Positions 1 through 9,394 of a DNA stretch of 32,000 nt are shown one piece after another. Numbering within the stretch: position 1 is the stretch's first letter; each line of letters begins with the position of its first letter. Origin of the DNA: Planctopirus limnophila DSM 3776 (GTDB taxonomy: Bacteria > Planctomycetota > Planctomycetia > Planctomycetales > Planctomycetaceae); contig NC_014148.1 of assembly GCF_000092105.1 (NCBI RefSeq), forward strand, positions 3,690,001-3,722,000, written 5' to 3'. Made by a program: the position numbers and the translations under genes. Under the pieces are notes generated by a model that saw nothing but the letters and a program-made list of their open reading frames with translations, made no database searches and was not told the origin of the DNA.

Positions 1-1491
1 CTGCCTCAGGGGTTCGCGGTAGACAGCGACGGGTTCGTCGTTGAGGAAAAGTTCAAGGTTTTCCGCCAATTCCAGTGCAGATTGATAGCGGTTCGCCTGC
101 ACGGGGGACATCGCCTTGAGGCAGATGGCCTCCAATGCCGGGGGGGCTTGAGGCGCGAGTTCGCGGGGAGGCACATAGCGGCATTGGCGGACGGCTTCGA
201 CCAGTTCCTCCCTGGCGATCCGTTCATAGGGGGCCTGGCCAGTGAGAATCGAGTAGAGCGTCGCCCCCAGGCAAAAGACATCCGACGTCGGCCCGAGGGC
301 ATCGATTTCACCGCGAGCCTGTTCGGGACTCATGAAGGCCAGAGTGCCGATGACGCTGCCATCCTGGGTGGCCGACGAACCTTCGCCGGAAAGGGGGGTG
401 ACAGTGGGTTCCTCGGCCTGTTCGTGGGTCCCTTTCTTGCCGATCGTCTTGGCGATGCCCCAATCGACGACGAGCGTTTCGCCGTACTTGCCGAGCATGA
501 TGTTGCCGGGCTTCAAGTCGCGATGGAGGACACCCCGGCTGTGCGAGTATTCGATCGCGTTGCAGACATCGATGAGCCGGCGGAGGAGTTTGTTGAGGGT
601 CAGCCGCCGCTCATCGGGGGAGAGGGCGTGCGAGTTGGCACCGTGCAGGCGGTCGATGGCCTCCTTGAGGCTGTCGCCGCGAATGAAACGCATGACGTAG
701 AAGGGGGAACCGGCTTCGGTAGAGCCGAGGCTGTAGACGGGGACGATGCCGGGATGTTCAAGGCAGCCAGTGACTTTGCCCTCGAGGAGAAACCTCGCCC
801 GGCTGTTGGGGTCACCTCGAAAACGAGGCTGCAGTTCTTTCAAGGCGACCTCGCGTTGAAACTCGCAATCTTCCGCCAACGAGACCTGTCCCAGCCCTCC
901 CTTAGCATGCAGTTTCAGGATACGGAAGCGGGGTTTGCCCGACTTGGCGGGCTTGCTCGCCGCTTCGCCACTCTGTGGTACGCCACTCCTGGATTCGCGC
1001 GCCTCAAGCTCGCGTGCCGGCAATTCCTCCGGCTGTTGGTTATCGAGCGGTGATTCGATGAGGATGGTGGGGAGCTTGGCCCAAGGCATCCCGGCGGAGG
1101 CATCGGACGAGGGAACTGGTGACGAAGCCTCCCGCGAAGGAGTTCCGGGAGTGGCCATGCGGGTTTTCACGAGCTGGCTGATCGAAGCCTGGAGATCCGG
1201 GTCGACCAGATCCTTGACCGACTCGACCATATCATCGACAGAACTGAGCGAAGCAAGACTCTGGGCCGCGGATCCGCCATGGAGTTCAATGTGTTTGGCG
1301 ACGATCGATTTAATGAAGTCGCACGTCTCGGCCGAGATGGACTGCTGCCGGAGGAGCAGGTCTTCAAGCGGCAGCTCTTTTTGATGGATCCAAGCCTGCA
1401 TGGCCGCGATCAATTGGGCGGGGGTGACGGAATTGAGCTGAAGCGCCATGACACCGGCGATAAGATTGCGATCGGTCAGTCTGGATTCCAT
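1..1491 (-). CDS. Hanks-type serine/threonine protein kinase; the C-terminal part runs off the left edge of the window
   Basis: Absent from the ORF track because no stop lies in the window. Hand translation of the minus strand from ATG at 1491 (in-frame stop upstream at 1543-1545) stays open to position 1: MESRLTDRNLIAGVMALQLNSVTPAQL... Kinase motifs follow: GGLGQV (Gly loop), EVALKEL (VAIK-type Lys), HRDLKPGNIML (catalytic loop, 493-525), VVDWGIAK (DFG position), GTLAFMSPEQ (APE). Confidence 0.9.
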   Translation of the reverse strand, partial: MESRLTDRNLIAGVMALQLNSVTPAQLIAAMQAWIHQKELPLEDLLLRQQSISAETCDFIKSIVAKHIELHGGSAAQSLASLSSVDDMVESVKDLVDPDLQASISQLVKTRMATPGTPSREASSPVPSSDASAGMPWAKLPTILIESPLDNQQPEELPARELEARESRSGVPQSGEAASKPAKSGKPRFRILKLHAKGGLGQVSLAEDCEFQREVALKELQPRFRGDPNSRARFLLEGKVTGCLEHPGIVPVYSLGSTEAGSPFYVMRFIRGDSLKEAIDRLHGANSHALSPDERRLTLNKLLRRLIDVCNAIEYSHSRGVLHRDLKPGNIMLGKYGETLVVDWGIAKTIGKKGTHEQAEEPTVTPLSGEGSSATQDGSVIGTLAFMSPEQARGEIDALGPTSDVFCLGATLYSILTGQAPYERIAREELVEAVRQCRYVPPRELAPQAPPALEAICLKAMSPVQANRYQSALELAENLELFLNDEPVAVYREPLRQ

Positions 1492-1586
1492 CGGCTCGTT
1501 TTCCCGCAATGATGATCCACTACGCCCTGATGTGGGCGTGATTCATAGCGAAGAGTGTAGGCAAGAGTAACTCTTCAAGGCTACGG

Positions 1587-1627
1587 AAAAACGACAAAAG
1601 AGGCACCTGACGGATCAGCTGCCTCTT
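1587..1627 (-). terminator. Hairpin plus T-run downstream of the regulator remnant, upstream of the kinase start
   Basis: Plus-strand arms aagaggcacctga (1598-1610) and tcagctgcctctt (1615-1627) give a 13-bp stem with one mismatch and loop cgga. On the minus strand the hairpin is followed by ttgtcgttttt. It is related in sequence to the terminator at 9352-9394. Confidence 0.55.
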
Positions 1628-1653
1628 ACATTTGGCAGCAGTCGGGCTGCAGG

Positions 1654-1815
1654 TTAGGCCAGTTGCTTTTTGCGGCTTACCAGGGTTCGAATTCGTTCTG
1701 CAAGCAGCGTGGCATCGAATGGCTTACGAATTGTTTCGCTGAAGAGTGAGCGGTCGATACCACTCGCAGTGTCTTCATCGGTCAGTAATGCCGCCAGTAC
1801 TGTATCGGCAAATGG
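1654..1815 (-). pseudogene. Truncated duplicate of the 3' end of the HTH-REC response-regulator gene (compare 9532-9690)
   Basis: About 155 nt align with the 3' end of the gene at 9532-10104 (roughly 90% identity by eye over the first ~125 nt). Translation: ...GPFADTVLAALLTDEDTASGIDRSLFSETIRKPFDATLLAERIRTLVSRKKQLA*. The stop is TAA at 1654-1656. There is no start codon, and an in-frame stop lies just upstream (about 1841-1843). Confidence 0.8.
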
Positions 1816-2038
1816 CCCAAAGAACGCCAAGCCAACAAATGATTACCCGTCTCTCTTTTATAGGTCTCTTTATAATATGAAACTCTATTTCACCACACAA
1901 TAACAAGACCGTAGGGAAGAGATTAGGTTTTGCTTCGATGAGTGCCAGCTTACGAATATTTATGTGTGCAGCCAGAGCGCTCAACGTCTGGATGAGGGGC
2001 AAATCTGCCCGGGCAGAAGTCGATGTCGTGCCAAGGAT

Positions 2039-2075
2039 GCGCTGGCATTACCACCAAACGTGATGATGCCAGCGC
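2039..2075 (-). terminator. Possible 3' hairpin of the efflux operon (no clear T-run)
   Basis: Perfect 10-bp inverted repeat gcgctggcat (2039-2048) / atgccagcgc (2066-2075) with a 17-nt loop, 27 nt downstream of the OMF stop codon. Confidence 0.3.
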
Positions 2076-2101
2076 AGTGCTGTTGTTTCGAAACCAGCGA
2101 A

Positions 2102-3685
2102 TTAGAAGCTGCCGCCGCCCAAAGCCTGATAGGCAGTAATGGCTGCTGCCAGTTGTTGCTGCTTGGTTTCAATCAAGACCATGCGGGCTTCCATCATATC
2201 GCGCTGTGCCAGCAAGACTTCGACATATTCGGCCCGGGCATTCTGAAAGAGTTTGGTCGCACTATCGACCGACGCTTCGAGAGCAGCCAGCTGTTGCTTC
2301 TTGATTTCGATACTGGCCTGATAGTTCTCGACTTTGGATAGTCGATTCACGATCTCGGTATAAGCATTCAGGATGACCTGCTGGTAGTTGTAGACACACT
2401 GCAACTGCTGGGCGTTCGCCGTCAGATAGTCAGCCTGAATGGCGCTTCTGTTAATAACAGGTGCTACCAGATCACCCGCGACGTTGTAAATGAGCGAATC
2501 GGGCGTCGAGAACAAATACTTGGCATTAAATGCATTATAGCCAACACCAGCATTCACAATGAGCGAAGGATAGAATCTGGCGCGGGCGACTTTTACATCC
2601 AACCCGGCTGCCGAGAGCTCTTTTTCTGCCTGCCGCACATCGGGTCGATTCTGCATTATTTGACCGGGAAGGCCGGCACAAAGAGGCTGCAGATTCAGAT
2701 CCAGAAAGCTGGATGTGGAACGCATGACTGGCTGCGGATATCGACCGAGAAGAAAATTGATCCGGTTCTCGGCTTCCACGATCTGTTGCAGAATGATCAG
2801 TTTTTCACTTTGATTTTTGCGAACTTCCGCCTGGAATCGCTGGACAGCCAATTCGGTATCGCGACCAGCCGCTTTTCTCGCTTTGGCCAGTTCCAGACTT
2901 TGCTCCTGAATCTCGATCGTTTTATCAAGGATCTGCATCTGGTTATCGAGAGACATCAGTTCGTAGTATTTTTCGGCTACTTCGGAAACCAGTCTGGTCA
3001 CCATATAGGCCTGACCATCGCAAGTGCCTAAATATCGAAGTGTAGCGGCATCGCGGGCATTGCGAAGTTTTCGCCAGATGTCGATTTCCCACGAGATATT
3101 CGCGGCGACCAGAAAGTTAGGTAGTGGTTCTGGAAAGGCAACGCCGGGCTTGACATCCAGTTGGCTTTCGACGGCTCCTTCACGAGTAAAGAGACCTGGT
3201 TTATCAACTCCCGCCCCTGCCCCTAACGTAAAGAATGGCAGAATCGCACCACGCCTGGCGCTGACTTCGTTATAAGCAATCTGAATATCCTGATTCAGGA
3301 TTCTCAGCTCCTGGTTCCCGACCATCGCCTCTTCAATGAGGCATAAGAGATTAGGATCGTCGAAGAAATCTCGCCAACTGATGAGTGCCGAGTTTTCATA
3401 GGTATCAGCAGCCATTTCGAGGCGAGTATAGCCGACCTGCTCAATATCGGAAGCTTCATTCAATGTGGCTGTGCCTGCCTCTTCCGGGCTGGGCGGAACG
3501 ACCGGAACATCAGGGACACTCCGCTTAAACCAACTGAAGCTGGATGGCATGGAGGGGCCCTGTAACGGGCCTTCCAGTTCCGGAATGCGGCACGACGGGG
3601 CACTCAGCGCCAGGCCGGCGATCAATGTCGGCAGAAGAGTACGTGCTCGACTCTTAGCTTTCGACGGTCTCACTAAGTGGTTCAA
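2102..3685 (-). CDS. RND efflux outer-membrane factor (TolC/OprM/NodT family), probable lipoprotein
   Basis: 527-aa ORF. It has an N-terminal signal with Cys (LIAGLALSAPSC). The length and the coiled, Gln/Leu/Ala-rich two-repeat architecture are typical of OMF proteins. It is the last gene of an MFP-RND-OMF operon and overlaps the RND stop by 32 nt. The codon at 3685 is TTG; GTG at 3673 is an alternative start. Confidence 0.88.
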   Translation of the reverse strand: MNHLVRPSKAKSRARTLLPTLIAGLALSAPSCRIPELEGPLQGPSMPSSFSWFKRSVPDVPVVPPSPEEAGTATLNEASDIEQVGYTRLEMAADTYENSALISWRDFFDDPNLLCLIEEAMVGNQELRILNQDIQIAYNEVSARRGAILPFFTLGAGAGVDKPGLFTREGAVESQLDVKPGVAFPEPLPNFLVAANISWEIDIWRKLRNARDAATLRYLGTCDGQAYMVTRLVSEVAEKYYELMSLDNQMQILDKTIEIQEQSLELAKARKAAGRDTELAVQRFQAEVRKNQSEKLIILQQIVEAENRINFLLGRYPQPVMRSTSSFLDLNLQPLCAGLPGQIMQNRPDVRQAEKELSAAGLDVKVARARFYPSLIVNAGVGYNAFNAKYLFSTPDSLIYNVAGDLVAPVINRSAIQADYLTANAQQLQCVYNYQQVILNAYTEIVNRLSKVENYQASIEIKKQQLAALEASVDSATKLFQNARAEYVEVLLAQRDMMEARMVLIETKQQQLAAAITAYQALGGGSF

Positions 3686-6600
3686 AATGTTCCTCCCTGA
3701 TCAATGAACGCCCATCCGCCATCTTGGCGAAGATATAGTAGAGACCTGGGATCACCAGAACTCCGATCACTGTCCCGACCAGCATTCCGCCGACGGCAGT
3801 GGTTCCAATCGTACGATTTCCAATGGCTCCCGGCCCGGTGGCCCTGACCAGCGGAATCAAACCGGCAATAAAGGCAAATGAAGTCATCAGAATCGGCCGG
3901 AAACGGACTTTACCGGCTTCAATGGCTGCATCCCGAATACTCATCCCCGCCTGCCGGAGCTGGATCGCAAACTCGATAATCAGAATCGCGTTCTTTCCTA
4001 ACAGACCAACCAGCATCACCAGCCCGATCTGGGCAAAGACATCGTTCGACAACCCCATGGCCTGAAGTGCAAAGAACGAACCAAAAATTCCGACAGGTAG
4101 CGAAATAATAACGGCTAGTGGGAGAATGAAACTCTCATACTGGCCAACCAGCACCATATAAACGAACACCACCACAATCAGAAAAATATAGACTGCCAGA
4201 TTTCCTTTATTGGCTTCGTCGTAAGACAATCCCTGCCAATCGATGTCGTAATCTTTAGGCAAGGTTGCTTTAGCGACTTCCTGAATCGCCTGAATGGCTT
4301 CACCACTGCTGTAACCGGGTGCAGGAGCCCCCTGGATAGCTGCTGTGGGATACAGGTTATATCGGTTGATTTCATTCAAGCCCTGCTTTTTCTGAATGCG
4401 CATAAAGGCCGAATAGGGAACCATCTCTCCTTTATCGTTCTTGACGAACATGTTGTTCAGATCTTCGGGGAATCGCCGAAACTCGGGAGCCGACTGGACA
4501 TAGACTTTGTAGAACTGGCCAAAGCGGACAAAGCCCTGCTCCCAGGTACTGCCCACGACAATCGAGAGGTTTTCGAGGGCGTCGGCGATGGAGACCCCTT
4601 TCTGCATAGCGACGTCGTTATCAATCACAATCTCGTACTGCGGGTAGTTGTCTGCAAAAAATGTAAAGAGTCTTTTTAACTCTTTTCTTTTCGATAATGC
4701 TTCCATGAACTTCTGGGTTTCTACACCCAGTCGCTTGTAGTTCCCCGTATTTGACTTATCGAGCAGATTCAAAGAGAAACCACCGGCTGCACCGAAGCCT
4801 GGGACTGCGGGAGGTTCAAAGAATTCCAGCTTGACGTTCGCAATCGATTTCGTTTTCTTCTCGAGTTCTTCAATGATCTGCTTGGAAGTCAGCTTCCGAT
4901 CTTCCCAGGGCTTCAGGTTGATAATACATGTCCCGGCATTCGAGCCGCGGCCTTCCGTCAGCACTTCGTAGCCTGCCAGAGACGAAACGGAACTGATCTC
5001 GTCAAACTCTTTACAGACCTTCTGCAGTTCATGGGATTTGGAGTTGGTATATTCGAGGGTCGAACCAGGCGGCGTCTGGATAATTCCATAAATAATCCCC
5101 TGATCTTCCAGCGGAATAAAACCTGAGGGAAGAATCGTATTCACGAAGAAGATGCCCGCTCCAAAGCCTGCAATGACGAGCATAGTGAGCATGCGGAGGG
5201 TGACCACACCTTTGAGAATGACGACATAGCCTCCCGTGATTCTTTCAATGAAGGCATTGAAGATTTCCAGCAGAATGGCAATAGGGCCGCGCCATCTCTT
5301 CTTATGACCGTGATTCATCGGTTTAAGAATCATCGCACAGAGTACGGGCGTCAGAGTTAAAGCGACGACACCAGAAAGGACAATCGACATCGCCATGGTC
5401 AGTGCAAACTGACGATAGAAGACACCGACGGGGCCCGTCATAAAGGTGACGGGGATAAAGACCGCAGTCATCACGAGAGTGATTGCGATAATCGCTCCGC
5501 CAATCTCATGAATCACTTCTTTCGTCGCGTTGTATGGTGAGAGATGCTTTTCATGCATCTTGGCGTGGACCGCTTCGACAACCACAATTGCATCGTCCAC
5601 AACCACACCGATGGCCAGAACCAGGGCGAAGAGAGTGATCAGGTTCACAGACATGCCGAACATCAGCATGAAGAAGAATGTCCCGATGAGTGAGACGGGG
5701 ACAGCCAGCGTGGGAATGAGCGTACTGCGGAAATCTCCCAGGAAGAGAAAGACCACCAGCGACACGAGCACAAACGCCTCGAAAAGTGTGTGCACCACCT
5801 TCTCGATGGAGGCTTCCAGGAAGCTCGAAACGTCGTAGCTGACTTCGTAGTCCATGCCCGGAGGGAATGGGAGGTTGTGCTTCATTTCATGCAGATGCTC
5901 TTTCACCGCTTCGATGACTTGCGTGGCGTTCGAGCCGGGAGTCTGCTTCAAGACAATAGCTGCTGAAGGATAGCCATCTTTATCGGAGTAGAGGTCGTAG
6001 AAGGACGACGCCAGTTCGACTTTGGCGACATCTTTCAATCTAAGGATCTGGCCATCTTCATTGGCCCGCAGAATAATGTTTTCGTACTGTTCGGGCTTGG
6101 TATAACGACCTACCCAGGTCAGCACATATTCAATCGTCTGCGAGGTCTTTCCTGTGGCCTGACCTAAACGACCTGGCGAACCGATCATACTCTGTTCGGC
6201 AATAGCCTTCATGACATCTGTGGCGGCGATGTCGTAAGCCCGCATACGGTCAAGGTTCAATTCGACACGCATCGCGTAAGCACGGTTGCCGAGAATATTG
6301 GCTGTGCCGACCCCGCGAATGCGCTTGAGTTCAGGAAGCACATTGGCTGTGACATAATTATAGAGATAATTCTGGTCATCACTTTTTTCAATACTGTAAA
6401 CGTTCACATACATCAGCATGCTGGACATGTTCTGCAGTACGATAATGCCTTCGCGATCAACAATCGGCGGGACGCGGCTTCTCACGCTCTGTACGCGATT
6501 GTTGACGTTGAGAACCGCCACGTTGGGGTCGGTGCCGGGCTCAAAGACAATGGTGATGGTGGCTTCACCGGCACTGGTCGCAGCCGATGTCATGTACCGC

Positions 6601-6824
6601 ATATCCTGAACGCCATTGATGGCCTGTTCAAGGATCACGAGGACTGAATCGACCAGCACTTCGGCGCTGGCACCGGGATAGGAGACCGCGACGACCACGC
6701 TGGGTGGTGCGACGGAAGGAAACTGGGAGATGGGCAAAGCCTTAATGGCCAGCCCCCCCATAAAGAGAATCAATAACGAAATAACTATTGCCAGTGCAGG
6801 CCTGTGTAGAAATTTAGCGAACAT
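3654..6824 (-). CDS. RND efflux permease, AcrB/HAE1-like
   Basis: 1056-aa ORF with an ATG start at 6824. The N-terminus MFAKFLHRPALAIVISLLILFMGGLAIKALPISQFPSVAPPSVVVAVSYPGASAEVL parallels the AcrB N-terminus. The size and the pattern of 12 TM segments plus two large periplasmic loops fit the family. Confidence 0.95.
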   Translation of the reverse strand: MFAKFLHRPALAIVISLLILFMGGLAIKALPISQFPSVAPPSVVVAVSYPGASAEVLVDSVLVILEQAINGVQDMRYMTSAATSAGEATITIVFEPGTDPNVAVLNVNNRVQSVRSRVPPIVDREGIIVLQNMSSMLMYVNVYSIEKSDDQNYLYNYVTANVLPELKRIRGVGTANILGNRAYAMRVELNLDRMRAYDIAATDVMKAIAEQSMIGSPGRLGQATGKTSQTIEYVLTWVGRYTKPEQYENIILRANEDGQILRLKDVAKVELASSFYDLYSDKDGYPSAAIVLKQTPGSNATQVIEAVKEHLHEMKHNLPFPPGMDYEVSYDVSSFLEASIEKVVHTLFEAFVLVSLVVFLFLGDFRSTLIPTLAVPVSLIGTFFFMLMFGMSVNLITLFALVLAIGVVVDDAIVVVEAVHAKMHEKHLSPYNATKEVIHEIGGAIIAITLVMTAVFIPVTFMTGPVGVFYRQFALTMAMSIVLSGVVALTLTPVLCAMILKPMNHGHKKRWRGPIAILLEIFNAFIERITGGYVVILKGVVTLRMLTMLVIAGFGAGIFFVNTILPSGFIPLEDQGIIYGIIQTPPGSTLEYTNSKSHELQKVCKEFDEISSVSSLAGYEVLTEGRGSNAGTCIINLKPWEDRKLTSKQIIEELEKKTKSIANVKLEFFEPPAVPGFGAAGGFSLNLLDKSNTGNYKRLGVETQKFMEALSKRKELKRLFTFFADNYPQYEIVIDNDVAMQKGVSIADALENLSIVVGSTWEQGFVRFGQFYKVYVQSAPEFRRFPEDLNNMFVKNDKGEMVPYSAFMRIQKKQGLNEINRYNLYPTAAIQGAPAPGYSSGEAIQAIQEVAKATLPKDYDIDWQGLSYDEANKGNLAVYIFLIVVVFVYMVLVGQYESFILPLAVIISLPVGIFGSFFALQAMGLSNDVFAQIGLVMLVGLLGKNAILIIEFAIQLRQAGMSIRDAAIEAGKVRFRPILMTSFAFIAGLIPLVRATGPGAIGNRTIGTTAVGGMLVGTVIGVLVIPGLYYIFAKMADGRSLIREEHFEPLSETVES

Positions 6825-6836
6825 GCTGGTGTGCCC

Positions 6837-8225
6837 CTATTCGGCTTTGTTCTTGAGATGACCGAGAACCTCTACGGGGTCGATGTACTCGAACTCGACC
6901 TCGTCACCATCTCGAACCTGCCGCACACCTTCGAGAACGATCTTTTCACCCGCCTTTAGACCACTCCTGATAATAAAGATATCATCCATTTCATTACGTA
7001 TTTCGATCTCCCGCTGACGCACGATGCCCTTGAGCGTGTTCGCGTGATGCTCGGCATGGTGTTCGGGAGAGAGTTTCTTCAAATGATCATCATGATGCTT
7101 GTCATCGTGCGGTTTCTTTTCGTGTGGCAATGGTGGCCGCTTGGGAGCGGGTTTAGCTGAGGGCTTTTTGTCCTTTTTTTCATCGTCGTCGTCGTCTTCC
7201 GTGTGAGCCTGGGCATGGTGCGAATCGGCCATTTCAGATTCGTCTTTACCTTCACCATCACCTTCGGGCACAGGTTCGACAACATAAACGAACCGCTTAG
7301 CCAGAATTTCAAAGGTGGCCCGCTGCGGGATAACGACGGCATCTTTCAATGTTTTATGCAGCAGGATGGTTCCGGTCTGACCATGCCTTAACAGTTGTTC
7401 CGGATTGGGAAAGTCGGCACGGAAGGCAATATTGCCTGTCGTGTTATTGAAGTCAGCCTCAATCGCCGTGATCTTTCCGGGGAGTGGAAACGTGGTGTGA
7501 TTGGCCAGCACGAGTTCCACTTTGACATCGGCCTGTCCGTCTTTGACCTCTTGCTGATAGGCCAGATACCTGGCTTCGGGGACATTGAAGTAGGCCCACA
7601 TGACATTGTTATCAGAGAGTGTCGTGAGAATATCCCCTTCGGCAACAAGGCTGCCTTGCTGCTGGCGAAGGCGATCAATAATCCCGTCAAAAGGAGCTTT
7701 AACTTCGGTGAAATTCAGCTCGGCTTGAGCCAGTTTCACTTTGGCATTGGCTTTAGCAAGTTTGGCCTGTGCCAGAGCCACTTCCTGCTCGGAAACGACC
7801 TTTTGCTCAAATAGTTTCTTCGTATTTTTATATTCGATCTCTACGAGTTGTGCTTCGGCGATATCGGACTCGAGGCGGGCTTGATAGAGGGTTGCCAGGA
7901 CACGAAAGAGGATGTCACCTTTTTTAACAAACTGGCCTTCCTTGATTTTGATTTCTTCGAGGTAGCCACTTTCGAGGGCACGCAGTTCAATATGGCGGCA
8001 GGAATGAATCTGGCTGACATACTGCTCGGTGATCTGCATGTCTTTGGCGATAGCACTGGTGACTTTCACCAGATGATGCTCGGCGTGATGTTCTTCGAGA
8101 CGCTTTGCACAGCCGGCAATAGTGACAATCAAAGCTGCAGCGAATGCGAGAGGGCACCAGGATCGCCAAGTTCGCGAACATGCCGGTGAGCAGTGTCGCT
8201 TTAGTTGATGAAATCTTGACTGCAT
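6837..8225 (-). CDS. RND efflux periplasmic adaptor (membrane fusion protein) lipoprotein with a His/Asp/Lys-rich insertion
   Basis: The ORF is 6837-8399. I prefer the internal ATG at 8225 (MQSRFHQLKRH...LIVTIAGC), which gives a signal peptide with the canonical lipobox IAGC. Lipoyl and coiled-coil hairpin motifs are present (KEGQFVKKGDILF..., AQAKLAKANAKVKLAQAELNFTEVKAPFDGII). The gene lies 12 nt upstream of the RND gene. Confidence 0.88.
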   Translation of the reverse strand: MQSRFHQLKRHCSPACSRTWRSWCPLAFAAALIVTIAGCAKRLEEHHAEHHLVKVTSAIAKDMQITEQYVSQIHSCRHIELRALESGYLEEIKIKEGQFVKKGDILFRVLATLYQARLESDIAEAQLVEIEYKNTKKLFEQKVVSEQEVALAQAKLAKANAKVKLAQAELNFTEVKAPFDGIIDRLRQQQGSLVAEGDILTTLSDNNVMWAYFNVPEARYLAYQQEVKDGQADVKVELVLANHTTFPLPGKITAIEADFNNTTGNIAFRADFPNPEQLLRHGQTGTILLHKTLKDAVVIPQRATFEILAKRFVYVVEPVPEGDGEGKDESEMADSHHAQAHTEDDDDDEKKDKKPSAKPAPKRPPLPHEKKPHDDKHHDDHLKKLSPEHHAEHHANTLKGIVRQREIEIRNEMDDIFIIRSGLKAGEKIVLEGVRQVRDGDEVEFEYIDPVEVLGHLKNKAE

Positions 8226-8233
8226 CTTGATGG

Positions 8234-8267
8234 CCTTCAGGCAATTCGACTGCCTGACTTCAGGCAA
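8234..8267. promoter_or_regulatory. Inverted plus direct repeat immediately upstream of the adaptor start codon
   Basis: tcaggca (8237-8243), a 7-nt spacer, then tgcctga (8251-8257). Direct repeats ccttcaggcaa (8234-8244) and acttcaggcaa (8257-8267) overlap this. The element lies 9-42 nt upstream of ATG 8225. Confidence 0.3.
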
Positions 8268-9031
8268 ACAGAACGATCGACATTTGAAAATTGAGGCATG
8301 CCCATGGAATGGATGCCTTCCCATCAGAATCGATTTAAGTAATTCCAAACGCATAGTCGCCTTACAGAAGAAATTCGGCATATTGAAGACTTCCTGCATA
8401 CCCTATTCTCAAATTGTAAGGATTGGCGAAGCCCCGCTATTTACCCAATGTTCAGAGCAACAAGGTCTTCGGGGCCTGGGTATGATGAAAAAAACCAAGA
8501 GTCGTTCGTAAGTTTTCCAGTTCTCAAGTCACGATTCAAAGAGCGAACAAAAACTCCGCCAATCAACAGAGAGGCATGATTCCAAACCATGCTTCCGATC
8601 TTGGTTCTGATCTGAGAGCCGGTTCGTTTGGGAAAACTCCCTGTCGCACAGAGAAGGTTTGCTCACCTATCTGAATTGAGATTATCCCATTCGGGAACCT
8701 GTCGGCGAGCCGATACGAGAACCTCACGCTATTGTCAGGGAACTCTGCCAAGATCGGGCTTGCCATCAAAGGCCTGCGTGCTCTGCGAGCCATGAGCCTT
8801 CCGAGTGAATTGTGCCTGTTTTTCCAGCGTTTAAAGGTCGCTGAGAGAGTAGAGACCATGCGGCTAGTGACGATGATCAACGACCTGCAATCAGTTCAGA
8901 AAGCTGCGGTAGTTATCAAACTCTTAAGCTTGATTGTGCCAGCAGATGAGTGAGGAGGATGATCACTCGATGATTGGCGGATGACGGAATGAATGTGAGG
9001 AGAGTATCGAAGCGAGTGCCTTGCGAAAAAA

Positions 9032-9078
9032 CCTCACCCTGCTTTCTCCCAGGAAGATGCGGGCGAGGGTTTTAGAGA
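9032..9078 (+). repeat. Short 'cctcac...ctccca...gggcgagggtt.tagag' module, also found at 14739-14787
   Basis: cctcaccctgctttctcccaggaagatgcgggcgagggttttagagagag aligns by eye with ccctcactctcccctctcccacacagacgtgggcgagggttgtagaggag. Confidence 0.7.
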
Positions 9079-9164
9079 GAGCTATTTGATCAAGCAGGAA
9101 ACGGAGTTCACCACGAAGTTCGCGAAGAGCACGAAGGTTCGAGTCAGGACGGCAGGCTGATCAT

Positions 9165-9308
9165 CTTGGAGAACTTCGCGACTTCGCGAGAGAATGAATT
9201 GAAATTCGGAGATCTCTCGCGAAGTTCGCGAAGGCTGAGAAAGGGGAAGAGTTGGTGCATTTCGCTGGCGCTGCATGGCACCCTACGGTTGGAAGTACGT
9301 AGAAGACC
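9165..9308 (+). repeat. Family A intergenic repeat, copy A1 (about 144 bp)
   Basis: cttggagaacttcgcgacttcgcgagag...ctctcgcgaagttcgcgaaggctg...gttggtgcatttcgctggcgctgcatggcaccctacggttggaag...gaagacc. It aligns along its whole length with 11119-11262. Confidence 0.85.
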
Positions 9309-9351
9309 TGGGCAAGGAAATTGAGGTCAGCGAGAGATGAGTTATTGATAG

Positions 9352-9394
9352 GTACAAAAACGAAAAGAGGCACCCAAAAGAATCGGGTGCCTCT
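9352..9394 (-). terminator. Rho-independent terminator of the response-regulator gene
   Basis: Perfect 10-bp stem agaggcaccc (9366-9375) / gggtgcctct (9385-9394). On the minus strand it is followed by tttcgttttt. Confidence 0.65.

Noticed and set aside
82-1053. 323-aa plus-strand ORF, and the smaller ORFs at 6-311, 332-700 and 935-1384
   Set aside because: They lie antisense to or out of frame with a minus-strand reading frame that carries an unambiguous full set of protein-kinase motifs. Their Arg/Gly/Ala-rich composition is typical of shadow ORFs in GC-rich coding DNA.
1684-1696. tRNA T-loop-like gggttcgaattcg (also at 9562-9574), and the gttcgRgttcgccc motif in the 68-bp direct repeats
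   Set aside because: The first lies inside the regulator coding sequence and its remnant. None of these sites can be extended into a cloverleaf with acceptor and anticodon arms.
6837-8399. Full-length 520-aa version of the adaptor ORF starting at 8399
   Set aside because: The first 58 residues (MQEVFNMPNFFCKATMRLELLKS...) are not signal-like. ATG 8225 gives a canonical lipoprotein signal, which is expected for RND adaptors.
8563-8880. 105-aa minus-strand ORF between the efflux operon and the regulator gene
   Set aside because: I recognised no motif, signal or RBS. It uses many AGG, AGA and ATA codons that the confident genes here largely avoid. It could be a gene-caller hit, but I cannot support it. 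At best it is a decayed fragment.
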